DNA of 64,000 nt from Clostridiales bacterium. Lineage in GTDB: Bacteria > Bacillota > Clostridia > Christensenellales > CAG-138. Every line of letters begins with the position of its first letter. Position 1 is the first letter of the stretch. The translations under genes and the position numbers were made by a program. The stretch is taken from contig CAKJYC010000016.1 of NCBI GenBank assembly GCA_918244965.1, positions 8,526 to 72,525 of the forward strand, written 5' to 3'. The notes under the pieces are model-generated. The model saw only the letters and a program-made list of their open reading frames with translations. It did no database searches and was not told where the DNA came from. This document shows, one piece after another, positions 36,829 to 46,336 of this stretch.

Positions 36829-38199
36829 TTACGCGGCTTCCGAGAGCCCGTATTTTTGAAGCAGCTCGTCGTAGCGGTCGATCGCGCTCTTCAGCCTCTC
36901 CTCCATCTTCTCCGCGGGGCAGAGCCCGTCCGCGTCATAGAGAAGCCCCATGAAAGCGAGATGGTACACCACCGGCGGATGCGCAAGGTCCAGAAGCGGC
37001 ATGCCGCGCAGCTGATCGACCGATTGATAGACGAGGTCAACGGTGATACAGCGCTTGCCCGCCGCGTCGCTCCAGCGGCAGAACACCAGCTTGCAGCCGA
37101 TCGGCGTCTTGCTCTCGATCGCTTCCGGAAGCTCGTAGTCCGCAACGCCCAGCGCCGCGAGCACGCTGCCGACGTTGGAATCGTGACCGCACAGGAAGGT
37201 GAACCTTCTGCCCGGCGTCATCAGCTCCCGATAGATCTCCTGCAAAAGCGGATGCGCAACGTTTGCAGCGATATCCGGCGCGGTGAAAAGCACGTCGCCG
37301 TACAGGTCCTTCACTGCGGAGATGTCCTTCCACTGCTCCTGCGTCAGCGTTTTGCCGAACGCGGCGTGTTCGTCGTCCGCCTCATAATACTGCAGCACGA
37401 GCGCGTCGCTGACGGAACAGGCGGTTTTCAGGGAGCCCTTCACGCCCGGCTCCGCGTTCTCGTTCAGCACGAATTCGGAATCGTCCGTCAAAAATCCCGT
37501 CGTTTTCCCGTTCTTCCAATCCTCGGAATCCCGGATGTCGATGACGTCCTCAATGAGCCGATAATTGTCGGCAAGCGCCGCAATATCGTCCGCAAACCGG
37601 TCGTTGATCTCCTCGACCATATCCTTGCGGTACTGATCGGTCACGAACGTCAACTGCGGCGTGAAAACAGGATCCATCGTGTCGAATTCGCCGTGATGCT
37701 CGATCTCCGTATCGGCGGCAGGGAACAGCCCCGCGCAGAAGAACTTCGCCGTCGCAAGCGTGCGCTGCTTCGAGTTCGCATAGATGCGGATCGCGCCGTC
37801 CTCCGGCAGCCAGTTTTCGGGGATCAGCCCTTCCGATTCCATCCATTTGCGGAAATACTGCCCCATCTCCGTTTCCAGAACGCCGCCGCGAATCGAAAGC
37901 TGACTCGGATTTGACGACCAGGAGAACCACTCGTGCGGCGTCAGCGTGTCCAGCGCAGACCCCTTGCCGCTCATCGGCGAACGAATGTTATGACGGCTTA
38001 AAATCACCACCTGCTCAAGCGTATACCCCTCGCGGTGCAGCGGCACGCCGGACAGCTCGCCTGCCGAAGCAGCCTGCGTCTTTTCAGGCTGCGCCTTTGC
38101 TTTGAACACGCCGGACGCATACAATACCTGCACAAGCAATACGCAGACCAGCAGTGCGGAAACGATTGCGAGCAGGAGCTTCAGCGTTTTTTGTTTCAT
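36829..38199 (-). CDS. Histidine acid phosphatase (branch 2; glucose-1-phosphatase/phytase-like), secreted
   Basis: Start at MKQKTLKLLLAIVSALLV (signal/anchor, AAGAGGA RBS). Catalytic RHNIRSP (RHGxRxP) and downstream HD (CGHDSN) motifs. Confidence 0.8.
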   Translation of the reverse strand: MKQKTLKLLLAIVSALLVCVLLVQVLYASGVFKAKAQPEKTQAASAGELSGVPLHREGYTLEQVVILSRHNIRSPMSGKGSALDTLTPHEWFSWSSNPSQLSIRGGVLETEMGQYFRKWMESEGLIPENWLPEDGAIRIYANSKQRTLATAKFFCAGLFPAADTEIEHHGEFDTMDPVFTPQLTFVTDQYRKDMVEEINDRFADDIAALADNYRLIEDVIDIRDSEDWKNGKTTGFLTDDSEFVLNENAEPGVKGSLKTACSVSDALVLQYYEADDEHAAFGKTLTQEQWKDISAVKDLYGDVLFTAPDIAANVAHPLLQEIYRELMTPGRRFTFLCGHDSNVGSVLAALGVADYELPEAIESKTPIGCKLVFCRWSDAAGKRCITVDLVYQSVDQLRGMPLLDLAHPPVVYHLAFMGLLYDADGLCPAEKMEERLKSAIDRYDELLQKYGLSEAA

Positions 38200-38464
38200 C
38201 TTTGTTTTCCTCTTTCCGTTCCGTTCGCGCAAATGCGATCGCGCGATTTTTTGTATTGTATCACTGCGCGCCGTCAGCGTCAATCCGAATCTGTTGCATG
38301 CGGCGCATCCGTGCGCATATTCCGGGATCCCTCCGAAAAGAATATATCATCCGAAACCGCCCGCTGCATCTTGAAAAAAGGCTGCGGGCATGATAGTATT
38401 TCGGTGTGTGCGGCGCATGCAAAAACGCCGTAAAACTCTTATCAAACGCTTTGGAGGCGCAGCC

Positions 38465-39664
38465 ATGAAAATCTCGCAGAAGGCACAGGAATGCAACCTT
38501 TCCCCGATGCGCAAATTCCACCCCTACGCGGTGGAGGCCGTGAACAAGGGCAAGACGATCTACCATCTCAACATCGGCCAGCCCGACATCGAAACGCCGC
38601 CCGCCTACTATGAGGCGATCCGCGATTTCAAAAACCCCGTTCTGGAGTACGCCGCCTCCCCCGGCATGCCGGTGCTCATCAAGGCGGTGCAGGGCTATTA
38701 TGAAAAGCTCGGCATCCACTATGAGGAAAGCGATATCCTGATCACCACCGGCGGCAGCGAAGCGCTGATGATGCTGATGCTCAGTATCCTCGATCCCGGC
38801 AGCGAGGTCATCATTCCGGAGCCGTTCTACCCGAACTACAACACGTTCGTAAGAGCGGCAGGCGGCAGGATCCACCCGATCACCACCTCGCCCGAGGGCG
38901 GCTATCGCTACGCATTCCGCGACAAGCTCGAAGCCGCGTACAGCGAGCACACGCGCGCGATCATGTTCACCAACCCCGGCAATCCGACCGGCGTGGTGCT
39001 GACGCCCGAAGAGCTTCGTACCATTGCGGACTTTGCAAAGGCGCATGATCTGTTCGTCATCGGCGACGAGGTCTACCGCGAGTTCGTCTACGGCGGCGAA
39101 AAGCTCGCCACGATCGGCCAGTTCCCGGAACTTTCCGACAACGCGGTCATCATCGACTCCGTTTCCAAGCGTTTTTCCGCCTGCGGCGCGCGCATCGGCG
39201 CGATCATCACCCGCAACAAGGAACTGCAGCAGAGCCTGCTGAAATTCTGCCAGGCGCGTCTGTCCGTCGCGACGCTCGATCAGGTCGCGTCCGCCGCGCT
39301 CTATGACGTCGGCCCTGAATACTTCGAGGCGGTCCGCAAGGAGTATAAGCTCCGCCGCGACACCTGCTATAAGAAGCTCCTCGAGATCCCCGGCGTCGTC
39401 GTCAAGGATCCCGAAGGCGCGTTCTACATGATGGCCGCGCTGCCCGTCGACAACGCCGACACGTTCCAGAAGTGGCTTCTGACCGACTTTGACGACAACG
39501 GCGACACGGTCATGTTCGCGCCCGGCGAGGGCTTCTACGCCACGCCCGGCAAGGGCAAGAACGAGATCCGCATTGCGTACGTTCTGAAGCAGGACAAGCT
39601 CGAACGCGCAATGGATCTTCTGGCGCTCGGCATTCAGAAATACAACGAAACGCACAAGGCGTAA
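38465..39664 (+). CDS. Class I/II PLP-dependent aminotransferase (aspartate aminotransferase-like)
   Basis: Start at MKISQKAQ (GGAGG RBS). NLSPMRKF, NPGNPTG and the PLP-lysine motif SVSKRFSACGARIG. Confidence 0.85.
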   Translation: MKISQKAQECNLSPMRKFHPYAVEAVNKGKTIYHLNIGQPDIETPPAYYEAIRDFKNPVLEYAASPGMPVLIKAVQGYYEKLGIHYEESDILITTGGSEALMMLMLSILDPGSEVIIPEPFYPNYNTFVRAAGGRIHPITTSPEGGYRYAFRDKLEAAYSEHTRAIMFTNPGNPTGVVLTPEELRTIADFAKAHDLFVIGDEVYREFVYGGEKLATIGQFPELSDNAVIIDSVSKRFSACGARIGAIITRNKELQQSLLKFCQARLSVATLDQVASAALYDVGPEYFEAVRKEYKLRRDTCYKKLLEIPGVVVKDPEGAFYMMAALPVDNADTFQKWLLTDFDDNGDTVMFAPGEGFYATPGKGKNEIRIAYVLKQDKLERAMDLLALGIQKYNETHKA

Positions 39665-39674
39665 GCCAAGGCAT

Positions 39675-39721
39675 AAAAACAGGGCTGTTCAGAAACGCAT
39701 GTTTCTGAGCAGCCCTTTTTC
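39675..39721. terminator. Bidirectional terminator
   Basis: About 15-bp stem GGGCTGTTCAGAAAC/GTTTCTGAGCAGCCC (one mismatch) flanked by AAAAA and TTTTT. Confidence 0.75.
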
Positions 39722-39732
39722 ATCTTATGCGC

Positions 39733-40383
39733 TCAATAGGCGTAGAAATATATCTCAATGTACCAGTTCTCTGCAAGCGGCTCCAGCTCCGAATAGCGGA
39801 TCTGCTCCGCGGTGTTTTCCGTATAGATCAGCCAGACCGCATAGAGGGTGCCGGGGTCCTGATACATCGTCGTGTCGATCGCCATCGGGAGATTCACTTC
39901 GAAAAACGGCGCGGCGTCCTCCGTAAAGACCGGCTCCGGCCCGGTCCGGTAAAAACCGATCCCCGTCTCTTCCGACAGTGCGACCAAAGCCTGCACGCTT
40001 TCCGGAAGCGTCGCGGGATCGACCGTTGCGTTCCCGTTCTGTTCCGGATCCCACACATACGCCTTACCGTTGATAACATAGAACCGGTCAAAATCCGGCC
40101 ACTCCTTTGCGGCAAGCTCGAACGCTTCCCGGTACTCTGCGAACAGCGCTTCGGCTTCCGCCCGCCTCTCTTCCGGCGGCAGGATCGGGTACGGCCCGTA
40201 TTCCGTGCCGGTGCAGGTAAAATAGGGGTTCAGCACCGGATCCTTGACCTCCGGTTCGCTTGTTTCCTCGGGTAAGTCCGCAGGCTGTTCCGTCGCTTCA
40301 CTTTGTTTTTCCGTTCCTCCCATGCTGCATCCGAGCAGCAAAGCGATCGCAAGCAGGATGATCCGAAGCCGTTTTTGTTTCAT
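39733..40383 (-). CDS. Hypothetical lipoprotein, paralogous to a module of the adjacent anti-sigma-like protein
   Basis: MKQKRLRIILLAIALLLGCS lipobox. The C-terminus YAVWLIYTENTAEQIRYSELEPLAENWYIEIYFY aligns with YEVWLIHTENAQEQFAEAYRDAIEPLWGDWYLYVLY in the upstream gene. Confidence 0.65.
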   Translation of the reverse strand: MKQKRLRIILLAIALLLGCSMGGTEKQSEATEQPADLPEETSEPEVKDPVLNPYFTCTGTEYGPYPILPPEERRAEAEALFAEYREAFELAAKEWPDFDRFYVINGKAYVWDPEQNGNATVDPATLPESVQALVALSEETGIGFYRTGPEPVFTEDAAPFFEVNLPMAIDTTMYQDPGTLYAVWLIYTENTAEQIRYSELEPLAENWYIEIYFYAY

Positions 40384-40389
40384 AGTCTT

Positions 40390-42738
40390 TTACCCGTTTA
40401 CTGCATTGCCCGATTGATCCATGATCGTCATCGACCTTGCGAACGCAAAGAACAGATACGTCAGTTCGGATTCGTCCGCTTCCTTACAAAGAAATTGCAC
40501 CAGATAGAAGGCCGTATCTCCCTTGAATGCAAAGTTCCAACCGCACATGCCGTTTCTGCGATAGCGATAGAAGATCAGCCCGTCCCGTTCCTCCGGCTGT
40601 GCATCGGAATTGTTGTTCCGGATCACGTTTTCCATGTACTCTGTCAGCGTTTCGTCCGCAAGCCCGGCTTTCAGCGTAAACGGTTCGACCTTGATCATGA
40701 CCGCGCCGAAATAAGACGTGTAGTAGCCGTCGAAGCCCATCTCGCTCTTCTGCTCGCTGAACTGTTCGGTCAGCGTGATCTGATAGCCGTCTCCGGCAAA
40801 CACCTTGCTTTTTCCGTACTTGCCGTTCAGAATATCGCTGTCATCCGGCGCAAAATCTCCGTTTATCTCCACAAACTGTTTTACAATGCTGTCAAAGTCC
40901 GCCGTGCCTTCCTCCGTCAAAGAGGAGGCGGAAAGAAACAGGATGTTTGTACCGATGGTATTCAGCTTTGCTATGCAGATATAGGAATCGTAATTCCTGT
41001 TATAATAATGCACGCTCACAATGCCCGGTGCGATCTCAACAGATTCCGCCGTATCGAAGTCCTCCGGCTTATCATCCCATCCGTCCGCTGTAAGATACCA
41101 GGTCAGAAGGTCCTTTCCGTTCAGCATGCTTTCCGCGACCAGATAATAGTCCATATCCGTAAGTCCGACCGTTTGCAAGGCGTCCATATCAAGCTCCAAA
41201 AGCGCTTTTTCCGTTGCGGAGAGCTTTTGATCCTTGTTCGCCTGAATCTCGAATGTTTCCGGGAACAGGCAGGAATACCCCTGCCATTTCTGCGTTTTCA
41301 GTTGAATCTCCGATTCGCGGTAAAGCACATACAGATACCAGTCGCCCCAAAGCGGCTCAATCGCGTCCCGGTATGCCTCGGCAAACTGCTCCTGCGCGTT
41401 TTCCGTGTGGATCAGCCACACCTCGTATGCGGACTGTGCTTCGTCTCTGCTTTCGGGCATCGTCACAACAAAGCACGGCTCCGAATCCTTTGCAAACGGA
41501 TGACCCGGTTCATATCGAAGCAGCCGCCCTTCCCAATAGATGGTGACGCCCTTTTCTTTGGCTCGCGCAGCCAATACCTGCAATTCCGACGGCAGCTTCG
41601 TGATTTCCACTACGGCACGCATATCTTCGTACGGACGTTGATACGACCCTCTTCCATCCTCATCGATCATCAAATCCAGATAGTATCCGGGATTTTTGGT
41701 TCTGGCGCTCTCCAACAGCTCCCGATTCTGCTCAAAGAATGCCCGCATCTGTGCGGTCTGCTCCGTCCGTCCGGTCGGCTTTGCCGGATAGCCGTTCATC
41801 TGAATGAACGCATACACCAACCGGTCATACAGATCGATCCCCGTTTCCGTCGCCGCCAAGGCGTACAGAATCAGTCCCTTCGTTCCGTCGGTGCCGACCT
41901 TTGCGTAACACAGGTAGCCGTCGTCATACTCCACATGGCGGCATACCACATCCGGATAGACCGTCCGTGCGGAGTGCAGCACGGCATTTTCATCGGAGGC
42001 GCCCGATCCGGTGTTGTTCAGCACAACGTCGATCTGCTCGCGCAGCGGCGTCGCATCCCAATCGTCAAATGCTTCCTCCGGCCGCAGTCCGTATACGATG
42101 CTCGGAAGGTCCTTCGCATCTTCTTCGTTTTTCGGAAGGAACATGATAATGTTCGGAACATCATACAGGACGTCGTACTCTGCGATCATCAGGCAGCGAT
42201 ATCCGTTCCAGGTAAATGCCTCAGTCTGTATCTCCGGCAGCTCTTCGACCGGCGTCAGCGGCATCCCGCCCGGTGCGGGGCCGGGTTCGCTTGTTGCGGG
42301 CGGTTCCTGCTCCGTCGGCAACACAGGCGCGTCCGTCGTCTGCGGCGGTACCTCCTGCGGCTTCGGTTCATGCGTGTCGTTCAGCTCCGCCATCGGCTCC
42401 GAGGGCGCGCCTTCGCCCTTTTTCGATCCACGGAACAGGCCGACGCCGAACACCAGACCGACGATGCAGGCGATCGCGACGGCGGCCATGCCGTAGCTGA
42501 GGACCCGGCTGAACCGCTTTTGCGGCCGCGCGGGCTGCTGCGGTTCGACGGGCGCGGCAACGGTCGCTGATGCGGATGTATTCGGTTTGGCCTTCTGTTT
42601 TCCGTACAGCGCCGTTTCAAAGCGCGCCTGCGACGCCGCGGGGATCGGCTCGGTTTCCGGATGCAGCAGATTGCCCTGCGCTTCGGCGTCCTTGCGCACG
42701 GCGTCACGCAGCAGTTTTTCAAAGGATCGTTTCCGCAT
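40390..42738 (-). CDS. Single-pass membrane protein, putative anti-sigma factor with a large repeated extracytoplasmic domain
   Basis: ATG at 42738 with AAGGAGG 6 nt upstream, overlapping the sigma gene end by 20 nt. Short cytoplasmic N-terminus, one TM helix (GMAAVAIACIVGLVFGVGLF), a Pro-rich linker, then about 640 aa of repeated modules. Confidence 0.6.
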   Translation of the reverse strand: MRKRSFEKLLRDAVRKDAEAQGNLLHPETEPIPAASQARFETALYGKQKAKPNTSASATVAAPVEPQQPARPQKRFSRVLSYGMAAVAIACIVGLVFGVGLFRGSKKGEGAPSEPMAELNDTHEPKPQEVPPQTTDAPVLPTEQEPPATSEPGPAPGGMPLTPVEELPEIQTEAFTWNGYRCLMIAEYDVLYDVPNIIMFLPKNEEDAKDLPSIVYGLRPEEAFDDWDATPLREQIDVVLNNTGSGASDENAVLHSARTVYPDVVCRHVEYDDGYLCYAKVGTDGTKGLILYALAATETGIDLYDRLVYAFIQMNGYPAKPTGRTEQTAQMRAFFEQNRELLESARTKNPGYYLDLMIDEDGRGSYQRPYEDMRAVVEITKLPSELQVLAARAKEKGVTIYWEGRLLRYEPGHPFAKDSEPCFVVTMPESRDEAQSAYEVWLIHTENAQEQFAEAYRDAIEPLWGDWYLYVLYRESEIQLKTQKWQGYSCLFPETFEIQANKDQKLSATEKALLELDMDALQTVGLTDMDYYLVAESMLNGKDLLTWYLTADGWDDKPEDFDTAESVEIAPGIVSVHYYNRNYDSYICIAKLNTIGTNILFLSASSLTEEGTADFDSIVKQFVEINGDFAPDDSDILNGKYGKSKVFAGDGYQITLTEQFSEQKSEMGFDGYYTSYFGAVMIKVEPFTLKAGLADETLTEYMENVIRNNNSDAQPEERDGLIFYRYRRNGMCGWNFAFKGDTAFYLVQFLCKEADESELTYLFFAFARSMTIMDQSGNAVNG

Positions 42739-43273
42739 AGCCGTCCTCCTTGCAGAATTGCAGCACCGCACGGCGCGCACGCGTCAGATACACGCGCACC
42801 GTGTTCTTCGAGACGCCGAGCGCCTTTGCGATCTCGCCGTCGCGCAGTTCCAAAAGATACTTATACCGCAGCACGTCCCGAAGGCTCTCCGGAAGCTTAG
42901 AAACCGCGCGCTTGACCTCCTCGACGGTCAGGCTGTTGATCGCGCGCTCCTCGACCGACGCCGACGTGTCGCCGATCTCGATCTCCTCGATCGGAACGCT
43001 CGCCTGCCTGCCGCGCTTTTGCAGCCGATTCAGCGCGTTTCGCTTGACCGCGGTGATCAGATATACCGCCCGCGCGGCTTCCGGCAGCGCGCGCAGCGTG
43101 TCGATTTTGCGGATGCAGCGCACAAACGTGTCCTGCACGGCATCCTCCGCCGCGCTCGGTTCGCGCAGGATCGCAAGCGCCGTGCGCTTCATGCGGTGAT
43201 AGTTCGACGCGAACAGCTCGCTCATCAGCGCGCGATCCGATTCGCTATCCAAAACCAGTAACAGTAGAATCAT
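42719..43273 (-). CDS. ECF-type RNA polymerase sigma-70 family factor
   Basis: Region 2 (AEDAVQDTFVR) and region 4 HTH (LRDGEIAKALGVSKNTVRVYLTRAR). The first ATG is at 43273. The GTG at 43306 is an alternative start. Confidence 0.8.
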   Translation of the reverse strand: MILLLLVLDSESDRALMSELFASNYHRMKRTALAILREPSAAEDAVQDTFVRCIRKIDTLRALPEAARAVYLITAVKRNALNRLQKRGRQASVPIEEIEIGDTSASVEERAINSLTVEEVKRAVSKLPESLRDVLRYKYLLELRDGEIAKALGVSKNTVRVYLTRARRAVLQFCKEDGYAETIL

Positions 43274-43336
43274 CGTGGTACAGCCCCCCTGTTGCCCTCT
43301 ATACACATAGACAAGCGTGCGGCCAAAAGTGCTACA

Positions 43337-44710
43337 TCATTTTTCGGATTTTTCTTCCGCATCCGGCGCGGACAGGTGTTTTTTGAAAAAGAAGATCAAA
43401 AACGGAATGGAAACGAAGAAGGTGAGAAGGTCCGCTCCAGCCTGCACCGCCTCGATGCCGGTGAGTCCGAACAGCGCGGGCAGCAGGAACACGAGCGGCA
43501 CAAAGAAGATCCCCTGCCGGCATGAGGCAAGGAACGTTGCGCCGACGGCGAAGCCGAGCGACTGATAGAGCTGGTTGACGTAGGTGGAAAAGCCCATCAG
43601 CGGGATCGTGACACACAGGAATGCAAGCATGACGCTGCCGCTTTCCACCACGGCGGGATCGTCGCGGAACCACGCCATGATCGGCGCGCGGAAGAAGAAC
43701 ACGAGCACGGCGATGCAAAGACAGATGACGGTCGCGGACGCCGTCGCAAACCAGAAGACCTTTTTGACGCGCGAATAGCGTTTCGCGCCGAAGCAGTAGC
43801 CCGCGATCGGCTGAAAGCCCTGCCCGACGCCGAGTACGACGTGCCGCACGAACATATAGAGCTTGTTGGCGATCGAGATCGCGGCGACCGCCGCAGCGCC
43901 GAACGGCGCCGCCTGAATGTTCAGAAGCGCCGAGGACAGGCTTGCCATGCCCTGCCGGAACAGCGTCGGCACGCCCATGCGCACGATCGAGGTGTAGACG
44001 AATACACGCCTGCCTATGTATTTCGGGCGAATGCGCACGATGCTGCGATCACGCAGGAAGATGACCGCCATAATGAGAAAGCTCGTCATCTGCGAGAGCA
44101 TCGTTGCAAGCGCCGCGCCCGCAATGCCCATGCCGAAGCCGAAGATCAGCAGCGGGTCGATCGCAAGGTTCAGAAGTCCGCCGCTGATCATGGCAAGCAT
44201 CGAATAGACCGCCTGTCCCTCGGATCGCAAAATGTTGTTGAGCACGAACGCCGAGGTCATGAACGGCGCGGCGAGCAGGATGAAGCGCGCATAATCCACG
44301 GCGTACGGAACGACCTCGTCCCGCGCGCCGATCAAAGAAACGAGCGGACGCAGAAACACAAGGCCCAACGCGCCGATCAGCGCGCCGGCGACGATGCTCA
44401 TCAGCGCGGCGGACGTGCCGACCGTGCTGGCGTCCTCCACGCGCTTCTGGCCGAGCATCGGGCTGATGAGGCTCGTTGCGCCCATGCCGATGCTGCCGCC
44501 GGTCGCCTGGATCACCGCCATCAGAGAGAACACGACGCCGACCGCAGCCGACGCCGCCGTGTCGATCTTTGCGACAAAGTACGTGTCTGCTGTGTTGTAG
44601 ATGACGGTAATGAGCTGGATCACCACCGTCGGCGCCGCTTTTTTGAACAGCAGCCTCCCGATCGGCTCGGTCAGCATCTGCTGCCGCTGCCGCTCGCTGT
44701 CAACGTGCAT
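43337..44710 (-). CDS. MATE family efflux transporter
   Basis: 457 aa, about 12 TM helices, N-terminus IGRLLFKKAAPTVVIQLITVIYNTADTYFV typical of MATE (NorM/DinF type). Confidence 0.8.
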   Translation of the reverse strand: MHVDSERQRQQMLTEPIGRLLFKKAAPTVVIQLITVIYNTADTYFVAKIDTAASAAVGVVFSLMAVIQATGGSIGMGATSLISPMLGQKRVEDASTVGTSAALMSIVAGALIGALGLVFLRPLVSLIGARDEVVPYAVDYARFILLAAPFMTSAFVLNNILRSEGQAVYSMLAMISGGLLNLAIDPLLIFGFGMGIAGAALATMLSQMTSFLIMAVIFLRDRSIVRIRPKYIGRRVFVYTSIVRMGVPTLFRQGMASLSSALLNIQAAPFGAAAVAAISIANKLYMFVRHVVLGVGQGFQPIAGYCFGAKRYSRVKKVFWFATASATVICLCIAVLVFFFRAPIMAWFRDDPAVVESGSVMLAFLCVTIPLMGFSTYVNQLYQSLGFAVGATFLASCRQGIFFVPLVFLLPALFGLTGIEAVQAGADLLTFFVSIPFLIFFFKKHLSAPDAEEKSEK

Positions 44711-44725
44711 AGCTCCTCCGACTGA

Positions 44726-45385
44726 TTATTCGATCGTGACCGGATGCGCCGATCCAAGCTCAAAATGGTACTGTACGATGCCGAGGTCGATTCGCGCGTA
44801 CGGTCCGATCAGCGCCTTCAGGAACGCTTGGCCGTCCCGCAGCGAAAGACGGAACTGCTGCTGATTGATCGCCGTCGGTGCCAGAAGCGCCGCCTCGACG
44901 CCCGTCCGGAACCAGTCCGGCACGTCGCCCGCAACATCTGTCACCTGCGCGAAGGTCTTGCTTTTATGCGGCTTTCCGGACTTTTTTGCATAGCCGATCG
45001 AAATGATCGCGGCAAGGCTCTGTCCCTCGCCCGCCATCGAGCGCGCGCGCTTCTTGTACGAGCCCGCGATCCAGCAGGTGGAAAGTCCGAGCGTTTCGGC
45101 AAACAGCACGAGCCGTTCGCCCCAATAGCCGCACAGGCGGTACAGGTCGTCCGTATCCGGTCCGATCAGCGCGATATAGTTCACCGCGTTCTCGAACGCG
45201 CCGTACGCCCAAAGCCCCGCTATCGTCTTGGGATCGTTCAACACGAGCCGCATCGAAAGTCCGCTCTCTCGATTGCACGCTTCGATCTCCTGTTCGAGCG
45301 CCGACAGCGTCTCGCCCTCGATCGGCTGCAGCGTATATGCGCGCACCGAATGGCGCGCTTCCATAGCCTCCCAGATCGTCATCAT
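44726..45385 (-). CDS. Nitroreductase family protein
   Basis: Start at MMTIWEAMEARHSVRAY (GGGAGG RBS 5 nt upstream). RHSVR is the nitroreductase FMN-binding signature. Confidence 0.75.
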   Translation of the reverse strand: MMTIWEAMEARHSVRAYTLQPIEGETLSALEQEIEACNRESGLSMRLVLNDPKTIAGLWAYGAFENAVNYIALIGPDTDDLYRLCGYWGERLVLFAETLGLSTCWIAGSYKKRARSMAGEGQSLAAIISIGYAKKSGKPHKSKTFAQVTDVAGDVPDWFRTGVEAALLAPTAINQQQFRLSLRDGQAFLKALIGPYARIDLGIVQYHFELGSAHPVTIE

Positions 45386-45501
45386 CCGTTCCTCCCTGTC
45401 CATTTCTATGTCCATTATAATATGCTCACACGGCGCTTGTCAAACGACAGGCATTGCCAAAACCGTTTGTTTTCGGTATAATGAAATAAAAGGAGGTCCG
45501 T

Positions 45502-46167
45502 ATGATTCGTGCTGTGATCTTTGATATGGACGGGCTTATGTTCGACACCGAACGGCTGTACGTCCGCGCCCTGAACGAGTATGTCGGTCCGAAAACAGGC
45601 GTCGATTTTCCGTACGAAAACGTCCTGAAAACGCTCGGCTGCAACCATGCGGGCTTTAAGCGCATGTTCCCGGAGCTGTTCGGCACCGCACTCACGCCCG
45701 AACAGTGCACCGTTCTCGTGACCGAATGGATGACGAAGGAAATCCTCCATCACGGCGTGCCCGTCAAGCCGGGCCTCTATGCCCTGCTGGACGCGCTGAA
45801 GGCCGACGGCGTCAGAACCGCACTTGCGACCGGCACCAGCCGCCCGATCGCGCTGGAGTATCTGCGGCGCACCGATACGCACAAGTACTTCGACGCGCTC
45901 GTTTTCGGCGATCAGGTGGCGCACGGCAAGCCCGACCCGGAGATCTTTCTTGCCGCGGCAAACGCGCTCGGCGTCGATCCGGCGGACGCCGCCGTTCTGG
46001 AGGATTCGGAAAACGGCCTTCGCGCCGCGCGCGCCGGAGGATTCTTCTCGATCTGCGTGCCGGATCTCACCGACCCGACGCCGCGTCTGCCTGTCCCGCC
46101 CGACGCGGTACTGCGCACCCTTGAAGAGGCGATCCCGCTGATCCGCGCGATCAACGGCGCAGACTGA
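45502..46167 (+). CDS. HAD-superfamily hydrolase (beta-phosphoglucomutase-like subfamily IA)
   Basis: Motif I FDMDGLMFDTE, the motif II T (ATGTS) and motif IV EDSENG. Confidence 0.8.
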   Translation: MIRAVIFDMDGLMFDTERLYVRALNEYVGPKTGVDFPYENVLKTLGCNHAGFKRMFPELFGTALTPEQCTVLVTEWMTKEILHHGVPVKPGLYALLDALKADGVRTALATGTSRPIALEYLRRTDTHKYFDALVFGDQVAHGKPDPEIFLAAANALGVDPADAAVLEDSENGLRAARAGGFFSICVPDLTDPTPRLPVPPDAVLRTLEEAIPLIRAINGAD

Positions 46168-46177
46168 ACCTTCCCTC

Positions 46178-46206
46178 GCACCGGCACGGTCCGGTGCTTT
46201 CTTTTA
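46178..46206 (+). terminator. Rho-independent terminator
   Basis: GCACCGG/CCGGTGC stem followed by TTTCTTTT. Confidence 0.65.
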
Positions 46207-46336
46207 CAAGAATCCCTGAAGAGCATATCCTGCCTTTCGCCCCGTTTTTTGTCGAAATCTCGCCGTTCATGCTTGTTTTTTGGCTGTCGGCGTGCTATGA
46301 TAGAGGGGCAAACAAGAGATGGAGGAATTGATCGAA

